A stretch of DNA of 32,000 nt from Candidatus Kuenenia stuttgartensis (GTDB lineage Bacteria > Planctomycetota > Brocadiia > Brocadiales > Brocadiaceae): NCBI RefSeq assembly GCF_900232105.1, contig NZ_LT934425.1, forward strand, positions 2,340,001-2,372,000. The letters are read 5' to 3'. Within the stretch, counting starts at the first letter, position 1, and every line of letters starts with the position of its first letter. This document shows, in pieces, positions 19,085-27,202 of this stretch. The translations under genes and the position numbers were made by a program. The notes beneath the pieces are model-generated. The model saw only the letters and a program-made list of their open reading frames with translations, was not told where the DNA came from and made no database searches.

Positions 19085-20749
19085 ATGTTGACCATACGGA
19101 GGTGTTTTGAAATGAAAAAGATATTATTGGGCATGGTTGCGTTTGCTGTGATGTTGCCCGCTATAGTGGAATGGACTTCGGGCCAGTCAAATGTAGCCTG
19201 GGCTACAGAACAAAAAACCGAAGAGATTCCACCGCCAGATTTGTATAAGGATACGCCTGCCTGGTACCAGGCAGTTTACAAAGACAATGTTGGGCTGAGT
19301 GAGGGTTCAGGTCCATTTACCAAGTACTTTAAGGCACAGATGCTGGATATGTACTGGCAGCCGAACAGACATTATGAACCAATGGAAAATCTGGACCATT
19401 CAATTTTCATTGAACAGGAGAGGAGGGATTTGTGCGTTATATGTCACGAGGAAGCCACCCCAGGCATAGTAGCGGACTGGAGGAGTTCCGGACATAAACA
19501 TCCAAAAAGCACCCCCTATCTTTCAAGCAAGACCGCCCAGATAGAGAAAAACGTCGGCAGGGTTCTAGACGAGGTACACTGCTTTGATTGCCATGCCGAT
19601 ACGGAAAAGAATCAGATAAGGATGCCTACCGGTGAAGTATGCGGCGGATGTCATAGGCAGCAGTTTGATGAATTCCTCAGGGAAAGAGAGGTTGGCCGCC
19701 CAAACCACTTACAATCATGGGAGGCGAATACTATAGTTCCTTGGTATGCAGAGGCTGCGAGAAGGGGCTATTTATATGGACAGCATGGTTGTGATATGTG
19801 CCATTCCGGGGCTGAAAAGTGCGATGTTTGTCATACCAGGCACAAGTTCAGCGCTGTAGAGGGCAGGCAGCCAGAAGCCTGTATGACGTGCCATATGGGT
19901 CCTGATCATCCTGATGCAGAATCCTATGGCGAATCAAAACATGGCAAGATTTATGAAAAAGAGGAAGAACATTACGACTTTACAAAGCCACTCGTAGAAG
20001 TTCGTCCCGGAGAGGATTATCGTACGCCTACATGTCAGTACTGCCACATGTACGAAAAACATGGCAGATTTATTCATAATCCTGTTATGAAGGGTATTTG
20101 GCGTATGGGAACGGTTCCGCCTTCTAACTTAGAGTATACCTCTTCGCTCAAGGACTATCCTTACGGAATTAAGATCATCGCAGATAAGATCGATATTTAC
20201 TCAGAGGAAAATGTTGCCAAGAGGTCATATTGGTTAGAGGTTTGCGCTAAGTGCCATAGCGACCGTTTTGCGGATACCTACCTGAAATCATTGGATCAAT
20301 TCATGTTTCAGGCGCACACCCTTGCTGATCAGGCGCAAAAAATCGTTGAAGACCTGATTGCTGATGGTCTTTTATATCCTGATGCAGCGAACAGAGATCC
20401 CTATCCGTTAAGCGATGGGATTGTTAAAGAACTTAGTGCGGATTTCCTTGGCGAACCGGTTTATAATGCATTTAAGACGCTCCAGGGTAAATTCCCTGTT
20501 GTAGGACCTATTCTTGGCGTCTATGGTATGTTCTTGCAAATGCAGGATAATCCGTCTGACATCGAAAATATGTACAACAGATTATGGTTCTGGTATAAAC
20601 TACAGGGGTACAAAGGAACTGCACACGCCCAGCAGGATGTTTCATGGTGGTGGGGACAGGCTCCTATGATGATGGAAATGACAAGGATACAGGCAGAAGC
20701 TGCTCGTTTACGCAGATTAGCCGGGATTGAAAAGACAATCTCCAAGTAA
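19085..20749 (+). CDS. octaheme hydroxylamine-oxidoreductase-like (HAO family) cytochrome c
   Basis: Eight CxxCH motifs are present: CVICH, CFDCH, CGGCH, CDMCH, CDVCH, CMTCH, CQYCH, CAKCH. The likely true start is the ATG at 19112 (MKKILLGMVAFAV... signal peptide), with GGAGG 9 nt upstream. Confidence 0.9.
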   Translation: MLTIRRCFEMKKILLGMVAFAVMLPAIVEWTSGQSNVAWATEQKTEEIPPPDLYKDTPAWYQAVYKDNVGLSEGSGPFTKYFKAQMLDMYWQPNRHYEPMENLDHSIFIEQERRDLCVICHEEATPGIVADWRSSGHKHPKSTPYLSSKTAQIEKNVGRVLDEVHCFDCHADTEKNQIRMPTGEVCGGCHRQQFDEFLREREVGRPNHLQSWEANTIVPWYAEAARRGYLYGQHGCDMCHSGAEKCDVCHTRHKFSAVEGRQPEACMTCHMGPDHPDAESYGESKHGKIYEKEEEHYDFTKPLVEVRPGEDYRTPTCQYCHMYEKHGRFIHNPVMKGIWRMGTVPPSNLEYTSSLKDYPYGIKIIADKIDIYSEENVAKRSYWLEVCAKCHSDRFADTYLKSLDQFMFQAHTLADQAQKIVEDLIADGLLYPDAANRDPYPLSDGIVKELSADFLGEPVYNAFKTLQGKFPVVGPILGVYGMFLQMQDNPSDIENMYNRLWFWYKLQGYKGTAHAQQDVSWWWGQAPMMMEMTRIQAEAARLRRLAGIEKTISK

Positions 20750-20776
20750 AAGAGCGACGGCATACAAAAATAAAAA

Positions 20777-20810
20777 GCCCATGATATGTATAATATCATG
20801 GGCTTTTTTT
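20777..20810 (+). terminator. rho-independent terminator of the HAO-like operon
   Basis: GCCCATGATAT-GTATA-ATATCATGGGC followed by TTTTTTT, 28 nt after the stop codon. Confidence 0.85.
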
Positions 20811-20910
20811 ATTAAATGCGGACAAACATGAGAAAGTTGTAATATACTCAAGATGCTTATAAAATGTGAATTCTAAGTTGTTAATAGGGTGGCACTGATT
20901 TTATTTTATG

Positions 20911-20949
20911 GTTGGGTGGGTTAAAACGATAGCGAATTCACCTTCCCAG
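20911..20949 (+). repeat. family E partial copy
   Basis: GGTTGGGTGGGTTAAAACGATAGCGAATTCACCTTCCCA parallels the 5' half of 21111..21200 (GTAGGGTGGATTAAGCGACAGCGAATCCACCTTTCCA). Confidence 0.55.
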
Positions 20950-21027
20950 CTATAACACTACAACGGTATTTTTATTTCAGATATTGCGGCAATTTTTTGT
21001 ATACTTCATCTGAAAATGAAAGAAACT

Positions 21028-21058
21028 ACCCTGACAGGGTTTGGAACCCTGTCAGGGT
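21028..21058. repeat. perfect 14-bp-stem hairpin (ACCCTGACAGGGTT-TGG-AACCCTGTCAGGGT)
   Basis: Read directly. It lies mid-spacer, 280 nt past the HAO-like stop and after the real terminator, so it is not needed for termination. Confidence 0.8.
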
Positions 21059-21110
21059 TAATACACCATGCTTGCAAATACTATGTTGTTTCATTTGGTG
21101 TTTCAAACGC

Positions 21111-21200
21111 GTAGGGTGGATTAAGCGACAGCGAATCCACCTTTCCATATTAATAATTGTTGGATTCGGTGCGAAAAAACCGCGCCTTAATCCATCCTAC
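21111..21200 (+). repeat. dispersed structured repeat, family E, copy 2
   Basis: GTAGGGTGGATTAAGCGACAGCGAATCCACC...GGATTCGGTGCGAAAAAACCGCGCCTTAATCCATCCTAC. The outer arms GTAGGGTGGATTAAG / CTTAATCCATCCTAC pair, and there is an inner hairpin GGTGGATT...AATCCACC. Confidence 0.75.
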
Positions 21201-21327
21201 TGCTTGACGGATTTTACCCACACCACATGATGGGGGAAAACTTATCATATTCTTGTGCAGGACGTAAGAATAAAATGTCGCTGTAGTGATAATTGCTTTT
21301 TAACAAATATACAAGAACTTACAAAAA

Positions 21328-24153
21328 ATGAAACACTCTATTGTCGCTTGCGGTATACGTGTACATAATTTAAAAAATATTGACGTTGAAATTCCACATA
21401 ACAAATTAGTTGTCATTACGGGTGTGAGCGGTTCTGGCAAGTCCAGCCTTGCATTTGATACCCTTTTTGCAGAGGGACAAAGAAGGTATGTGGAATCTTT
21501 TTCTGCTTACGCGCGGCAATTTCTTGAAAAAATGGACAAGCCTGATGTCGATCACATAGAAGGTATCCTGCCTGCAATCGCTATTCAGCAGAAAAATCCT
21601 GTAAAAAACCGTCGTTCGACTGTAGGCACCGCAACAGAAATCAACGATTACCTGCGGTTGCTCTATGCCCGCATTGGAAAGACGTATTGTAAAAGCTGCA
21701 AGCGGCAGGTACGGATTGACACTGTTTCGCATATTGTAGAATTTATACTCTCCTTGCCGGAGGGCACGAAATTTCTAGTCACATTTCCTCTCAATATCAG
21801 CCAAAAAATTTCGGGTGAGGAACAAATAAATCTCCTGAAAGAACGCGGCATAGTGAGAATCCTGGCTGATAACGACATTGTTGACATCACGAACGAACAA
21901 AACAGTTTTGACATCCGTGCCGCAAAGACTGTGTACGGAATTATCGACCGGCTGGTTGTAAAATACACAATAAAAGACCGCCTTATCGATTCTCTGGAAA
22001 CCTCATACCGTATGGGTTCAGGGCACTTAAGTATCTTTTATACTAACGATGCGCTTTCCAGTGAAGCGATAAAACCATCAACAGATGATCTTGTGCGCAT
22101 TCAGGATTCACCATGGGTTGAAATGAAATATAGCAAAAAGTTTTTTTGCAGTTATTGTGCAATTGAATACCCCGAACCGTCCCCTGCCTTATTTTCCTTT
22201 AATAATCCAATAGGGGCATGCCCCAAATGCCAGGGATTCGGTCACACGATAGACATAGATATGGATGCCGTTATTCCCGATAAAGAGAAATCTCTTGAAC
22301 AGGGTGCGATAGTTCCCTGGAATACCCCCGCATACAGGGAGTTGTATGAGGAACTTGAATCTGCCGCCTCAAAATATGACATTCCCATGGATGTTCCTTT
22401 CCGGAAATTGACAAAAAAACAGTTGAATCTGCTTTTTGAAGGAACAAAGGATTTTTGCGGTATTAACGAATTTTTCAACTGGCTGGAAGGCCGAAAATAC
22501 AAGATACACGTTCGTGTTATCCTTAGCAAATACAGGGGCTATAATGTGTGCCGCACCTGCGAAGGAACCCGATTGAAAAAAGAGGCGCTTACCATAGTAA
22601 TTCAGCAGAGAAGTATTGCGGAAGTTTGCACTATGACCATAGAACAGGCGCACATGTTCTTTCAAAAGCTGCAGCTTTCTGACTATGAAAGAAATATTGC
22701 GCACTTAATCCTGCAGGAGATAACAAAACGTCTTGGCTATATGATCAAGGTCGGACTCGGATACCTCACTCTGGACCGTATGACTCGTACGTTATCAGGC
22801 GGTGAAGCCCAAAGGGTAAATCTTACCACATCATTAGGTTCTTCTCTGGTAAACACCTTGTACATACTGGATGAACCGAGCGTAGGGCTACATCCCAGGG
22901 ATACTGACCGGTTGATTCATATACTGACGCGGTTAAGGGACATTGGAAATACCGTTGTTGTGGTGGAGCATGATGCGGAGGTTATAAAGAACTCAGATAT
23001 GATTATTGATTTAGGACCCGGCGCCGGAGAAAACGGAGGGAGGCTTGTTTATCATGGCACCTTTGCACAACTGCCCGCAAATAACTGTTCTCTGACTGGG
23101 CAGTATTTAAAAGGAGAAAAGGCGATAAAAATACCTTCTTCCCGGAGAAAGCCTTCCAGAAAGGCTATCGTTTTAAAAGGCGCGTCGCAAAATAATTTAA
23201 AAAATATCGATGTCACATTTCCGCTTAATATGCTAGTCTGTGTGACGGGCGTTTCGGGGTCGGGAAAGAGTACGCTCGTACAGGATACTCTTTACGGCGC
23301 ACTGAAAAAGAAGCTGGGAATTTATTCAGGGTTTGTGGGAAAACATACGGCCATTGAAGGTGAGAGGTTTATCAATGACATCCTTCTCGTTGATCAATCC
23401 CCTATTGGGCGCACACCACGTTCTAATCCCGTAACGTATATAAAAATATTCGATGAAATAAGAAAACTTTTTGCCTTCACGAGGGAGGCAAAAGCGCGCA
23501 AATTGACCATCGGTTCATTCTCTTTTAATATTGCCGGCGGAAGATGTGAGTTTTGCGAAGGCGCGGGATATGTAAAGGTTGATATGCAATTTCTTGCTGA
23601 TATCTTTGTCACATGTGAGAAATGCGGCGGAAAGCGGTTTAACAAAAAAGTACTAGAGGTGAAATATAAAAATAAAAATATCCATGAAGTTCTGAGCATA
23701 ACGGTGGATGAAGCAATTGAATTTTTTCGTGAATCTGTGAATATCACAAAGGTATTGAAGTGTTTGCAGGAAACCGGGCTAGGTTATTTAAAATTGGGTC
23801 AGCCAGCAACAACCTTGTCGGGGGGTGAAGCGCAACGTCTCAAGGTATCCACGTATATATCGCAGGAAAATATGGAGTCAATGCTCTTTGTCTTTGACGA
23901 ACCAACCATCGGCCTGCATATGGATGACATTCAGAAATTACTGAATTGTTTTCAAAGATTGCTCCAGGCGGGACATTCTCTCATCGTGGTGGAACATAAC
24001 CTTGATATTATTAAATCCTCCGATTATATTATCGACCTTGGCCCTGAAGGGGGCAATGAAGGGGGATATGTAATCGGATGCGGAACGCCGGAGAAAATTT
24101 CTAAAATAAAAACAAGCCATACGGGCGCATACTTAAAACCATACTTTTTGTAA
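21328..24153 (+). CDS. uvrA: excinuclease ABC subunit A
   Basis: 941-aa ORF collinear with canonical UvrA. It has two Walker A sites (GVSGSGKSSLAFDTL, GVSGSGKSTLVQDTL), two ABC signatures (LSGGEAQRVNL, LSGGEAQRLKV) and zinc modules (CSYC...ACPKCQGFG, CRTCEGTRL, GGRCEFCEGAG...CEKCGGKRF). Confidence 0.94.
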   Translation: MKHSIVACGIRVHNLKNIDVEIPHNKLVVITGVSGSGKSSLAFDTLFAEGQRRYVESFSAYARQFLEKMDKPDVDHIEGILPAIAIQQKNPVKNRRSTVGTATEINDYLRLLYARIGKTYCKSCKRQVRIDTVSHIVEFILSLPEGTKFLVTFPLNISQKISGEEQINLLKERGIVRILADNDIVDITNEQNSFDIRAAKTVYGIIDRLVVKYTIKDRLIDSLETSYRMGSGHLSIFYTNDALSSEAIKPSTDDLVRIQDSPWVEMKYSKKFFCSYCAIEYPEPSPALFSFNNPIGACPKCQGFGHTIDIDMDAVIPDKEKSLEQGAIVPWNTPAYRELYEELESAASKYDIPMDVPFRKLTKKQLNLLFEGTKDFCGINEFFNWLEGRKYKIHVRVILSKYRGYNVCRTCEGTRLKKEALTIVIQQRSIAEVCTMTIEQAHMFFQKLQLSDYERNIAHLILQEITKRLGYMIKVGLGYLTLDRMTRTLSGGEAQRVNLTTSLGSSLVNTLYILDEPSVGLHPRDTDRLIHILTRLRDIGNTVVVVEHDAEVIKNSDMIIDLGPGAGENGGRLVYHGTFAQLPANNCSLTGQYLKGEKAIKIPSSRRKPSRKAIVLKGASQNNLKNIDVTFPLNMLVCVTGVSGSGKSTLVQDTLYGALKKKLGIYSGFVGKHTAIEGERFINDILLVDQSPIGRTPRSNPVTYIKIFDEIRKLFAFTREAKARKLTIGSFSFNIAGGRCEFCEGAGYVKVDMQFLADIFVTCEKCGGKRFNKKVLEVKYKNKNIHEVLSITVDEAIEFFRESVNITKVLKCLQETGLGYLKLGQPATTLSGGEAQRLKVSTYISQENMESMLFVFDEPTIGLHMDDIQKLLNCFQRLLQAGHSLIVVEHNLDIIKSSDYIIDLGPEGGNEGGYVIGCGTPEKISKIKTSHTGAYLKPYFL

Positions 24154-24287
24154 CACTTTAGTTTTTTGAAAAAATAAGGGCGAAGCATTTGCTCTGTTTG
24201 TGTTTGAACGCATTTATGACAATTTACGGCAAATGCTTCGCCCCTATACTGCGATTATTGGAATTTTTCAGAAAACTAAAGTGTTAC
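24151..24287. repeat. 137-bp nested palindrome starting at the uvrA stop codon (B motif copies 3 and 4 as outer arms)
   Basis: Outer arms are TAACACTTTAGTTTTTTGAAAAA (24151..24173) and TTTTTCAGAAAACTAAAGTGTTAC (24264..24287). Inner arms are AAGGGCGAAGCATTTGC (24176..24192) and GCAAATGCTTCGCCCCT (24229..24245). Confidence 0.8.
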
Positions 24288-24339
24288 TACTTTTTATGAG
24301 TCGTACAAAAATATATTTTACGAAAGGCAAAAAACAACA

Positions 24340-25452
24340 TTGAGCAAGAAAAACATCCTATTTATTGTGAGCATTATAGTAAGCCTTGGTTGTTCATGGC
24401 TATTCATACGAAGCATAGAATGGGCGTCTTTGAAGAATGCGTTAATTGAGGCAAATTATTGGTTTATAATCCCCGCTACGATATTGGCGCTTCTCCTCTA
24501 TGTGGTGCGGGCATTTCGATGGCAGGGTCTGCTGTCGCACATAAAACCAATTTCCCCATGGAGCTTGCTATCGATTACTTCCATTGGTTTCATGGCAAAC
24601 AATATACTTCCTGCCAGGGTTGGAGAAGTATTGCGGCCGTTTCTCCTTTATAAAAAAGAGAACATTAAATTCTCTACCTCATTTGCAACGGTTGTTGTTG
24701 AAAGAATTTTCGACATGCTGGGACTCATTCTCTTTGCCGTTGCAACGTTGTTCCTGCTTCCCAACCCTGATACCTCCCATCATATCCCGTCTTTCGAATT
24801 AATAACCACTGATGTGGTAAAAACGGGAGGGTCGATAATTCCTTCATTAAAAAAATGGACAGAAGTCTTTGCCGCTTTTGGTAGCATGACCATTATCCTG
24901 CTTTTTCTTATCGTGGCAAAACCACTTTTTTTTAAAAACATACTCACCACATGGTGTTCATTTCTTCCCCACAAACTTAAAGATAAAATTTTCAACCTGT
25001 ATGATTCATTCGTATTTGGCCTGAAAATACTGGAAAATAAATCAAAGACGATATGGATACTTATCTTATCACTGATTGTATGGCTCATGGGTGGAATAGA
25101 AATCTATATACTGGGGTTTGCCTTCGATTTGCAGCTTCCTTTTGCCGGGGCATGTCTTGTTGCTGTTTGCCTTGCCCTGGCAGTAGCACTGCCGCAAGCC
25201 CCTGGCTATATCGGCGTTTTTCACATTGCCGTTTTAAAATCGCTGCATATCTTTGGCATAGAAACAACGTTAGCTCAGAGTTATGCTATTATTTTGTGGG
25301 CAATATCTATCTTCCCTGCCACAACTATGGGTTTTTTCTTTCTCTGGAAGGAAGGAATTGCTTTTCGTGAAGTGGTAAAACTGGAAGAAGAAATTTCCGA
25401 AGGAAAGCTTGAAGAAGCAGAAGGTGTTTCAAAAACTCCTCCGCAATTATAA
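24340..25452 (+). CDS. polytopic membrane protein, UPF0104 / LPG_synthase_TM (flippase-like) family
   Basis: 370-aa ORF with a TTG start. It has many hydrophobic helices and the RAFRWQGLL-type motif after the second helix that is typical of this family. The C-terminal tail is acidic. Confidence 0.65.
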   Translation: MSKKNILFIVSIIVSLGCSWLFIRSIEWASLKNALIEANYWFIIPATILALLLYVVRAFRWQGLLSHIKPISPWSLLSITSIGFMANNILPARVGEVLRPFLLYKKENIKFSTSFATVVVERIFDMLGLILFAVATLFLLPNPDTSHHIPSFELITTDVVKTGGSIIPSLKKWTEVFAAFGSMTIILLFLIVAKPLFFKNILTTWCSFLPHKLKDKIFNLYDSFVFGLKILENKSKTIWILILSLIVWLMGGIEIYILGFAFDLQLPFAGACLVAVCLALAVALPQAPGYIGVFHIAVLKSLHIFGIETTLAQSYAIILWAISIFPATTMGFFFLWKEGIAFREVVKLEEEISEGKLEEAEGVSKTPPQL

Positions 25453-25713
25453 TAGGGATAATCTGCGGAATTTTACCCGCCAAAAACGGTATAACTCATG
25501 AAATCTTAGGTTTCATATCCTGCAAGGAGGACTTTATTAAAAAATGAATGTAATTGAAAATACCTGCATGTTATGACATAATCGTAAAACTTTACGTATG
25601 ACAACACGTACCGTTTTATTCTTTTTTATCAAACATCCTGCTGGCAGAAAATAGCGGGATATCCCCATTAATTTACTGAAATAGCATTTACATAGTTAAG
25701 AACGGCTTATTGT

Positions 25714-27021
25714 ATGCAACAATTACTAACAAAAAAAAATACATTAAACATTTCGAACGTATCTGAACAGGAAGCAAGGTATCTTACATTTGAAATATGC
25801 GGGGAAGAATATGGCATAGAAGTTTTAAGGGTAAAAGAGATTATTAGGATGGTAAAAATTACGCCTGTGCCAAAAACCCCTGAATATGTAAAAGGCATAA
25901 TAAATCTCCGCGGCAAGATTATTCCTGTCATTGATTTGCGGTTAAAATTAGGAATGCGGGAATCAATGGCCGGAGACGGCAGATGTATCATTATCGTTGA
26001 GACATGCAATGGTCTGAAAGGGATAATCGTTGATATGGTATCGGAGGTGCTCGTTGTGAACGCCGATGATATGGAGCCTTTTCCCCAATCGAAAAGCAAC
26101 ATTGACGCCGATTTTTTTCTGGGAATTGCAAAAATAAAGGAAAAACTAAAACTATTACTTAATATTGATAATATATTTTGTGAAGACGGACGGCAGACTC
26201 ATGGTGAAAAAAATAACCGGATAAATGAAAACAAAAAAGACCTTAGCGGAGGAAACAGTGATAACGAGGATTTCAGAAAGGAGGTTTCCCTGATACTGGA
26301 AACAGAAAACACAGAAGGCATTTTTGCTGAAAAACCAAAAGAAGATATTTTGCCGGAAGATAGTGTCATAAAGGAAAATGCAGAGAATGAAACCGCCGCA
26401 ATCTATGAAAAACAAACGGATATACTCTTAGGCGATAACGCCTGTACTCTGCAAACAATTGGAACAGACGTAACAAACAAGGCGGATGAGCCTATAGATC
26501 TCAATGCCGTTGCAGAAAACATATCCGTTGATATCAGGGAAGCAACAACATCATTATTTGAAACAATGATTATGATGGATATGAAATTCAAAGAGTATGC
26601 ACTGGTTGACGAGACTAAAATAAAAAGCGATGTGGTATGCATGATAAGCTTCACCGGCAGATACCATGGCATTGTAAGTTTATTTTGTACAAAGGAGCTT
26701 GCATTACAAGTTGCTTCAAATATGCTGATGGAAGAGCAAACAACATTGTCCACTGAAGTAAAAGATGCAGTGGGTGAAGTACTCAATATGATTGCTGGAG
26801 GAGTAAAGACCAAAATTGCTGAAAAATACGGTGAGATGTACCTTTCCATACCACTGGTAATTGTGGGAGAAGATATTTCTGTTTCCGTTACAGAAACTCA
26901 GGAAAAGCGCTACAAAACAACGGTTGTGTGTTTTACGAAAGACCCATGGATTACGACACGTTTTGGCTATAATGATGAAATTATGACTGTAGGATTATTG
27001 CTTAAAAAAACAGCCCAGTAA
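25714..27021 (+). CDS. CheW-domain / CheX-domain fusion protein joined by a long acidic low-complexity linker
   Basis: The N-terminus is a CheW fold (YLTFEICGEEYGIEVLRVKEIIRMVKITPVPKTPEYVKGIINLRGKIIPVIDLR). The C-terminus is CheX-like (ISFTGRYHGIVSLFCTKELALQVASNML ... DAVGEVLNMIAGG ... LSIPLVIVG) and carries the D-x3-E-x2-N ... P phosphatase motif. Confidence 0.8.
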   Translation: MQQLLTKKNTLNISNVSEQEARYLTFEICGEEYGIEVLRVKEIIRMVKITPVPKTPEYVKGIINLRGKIIPVIDLRLKLGMRESMAGDGRCIIIVETCNGLKGIIVDMVSEVLVVNADDMEPFPQSKSNIDADFFLGIAKIKEKLKLLLNIDNIFCEDGRQTHGEKNNRINENKKDLSGGNSDNEDFRKEVSLILETENTEGIFAEKPKEDILPEDSVIKENAENETAAIYEKQTDILLGDNACTLQTIGTDVTNKADEPIDLNAVAENISVDIREATTSLFETMIMMDMKFKEYALVDETKIKSDVVCMISFTGRYHGIVSLFCTKELALQVASNMLMEEQTTLSTEVKDAVGEVLNMIAGGVKTKIAEKYGEMYLSIPLVIVGEDISVSVTETQEKRYKTTVVCFTKDPWITTRFGYNDEIMTVGLLLKKTAQ

Positions 27022-27101
27022 AGAGTCTAAGCAGGCATAGCAAGAAACCAGGCAGGCAGGAAAGAAATAAAAAATACGAAAATGGAACCACAGATCACCT
27101 A

Positions 27102-27125
27102 GCGCGGCCTTTGGCCGCAACCAAA
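27102..27125 (+). repeat. module C copy 2
   Basis: GCGCGGCCTTTGGCCGCAACCAAA, 23/24 identical to 5346..5369. Confidence 0.75.
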
Positions 27126-27202
27126 AAGGTGATTTTTAGTTTATTATAAAGTATAGTAGTATCCTCGTAAATAGTAATCAGACAATTTGGAGGACACTAC
27201 TT

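Noticed and set aside
20997-21230. A 77-aa ORF on the plus strand in the HAO-uvrA spacer.
   Set aside because: It is a read-through of the perfect hairpin (21028..21058) and repeat E copy 2. Its peptide (…VGWIKRQRIHL…) is simply the translation of palindromic repeat DNA, and it has no RBS.
21328-24153. Deviations from canonical UvrA strings (SFSAYARQFL, AIAIQQK) raised the possibility of a class II UvrA paralogue (UvrA2).
   Set aside because: The protein is full length (941 aa). By eye it is collinear with E. coli UvrA through the region corresponding to the UvrB-binding and insertion domains, and it has all three zinc modules. UvrA2 proteins are shorter and lack the UvrB-binding domain.
25544-25576. 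A 10-codon micro-ORF (MNVIENTCML) downstream of a strong AAGGAGG, about 140 nt upstream of the CheW-CheX gene. It looked like a possible leader peptide.
   Set aside because: The SD-ATG spacing is long (13 nt). I saw no terminator/antiterminator alternative structure, and a single short ORF is easily a chance event. It is noted here only for completeness.
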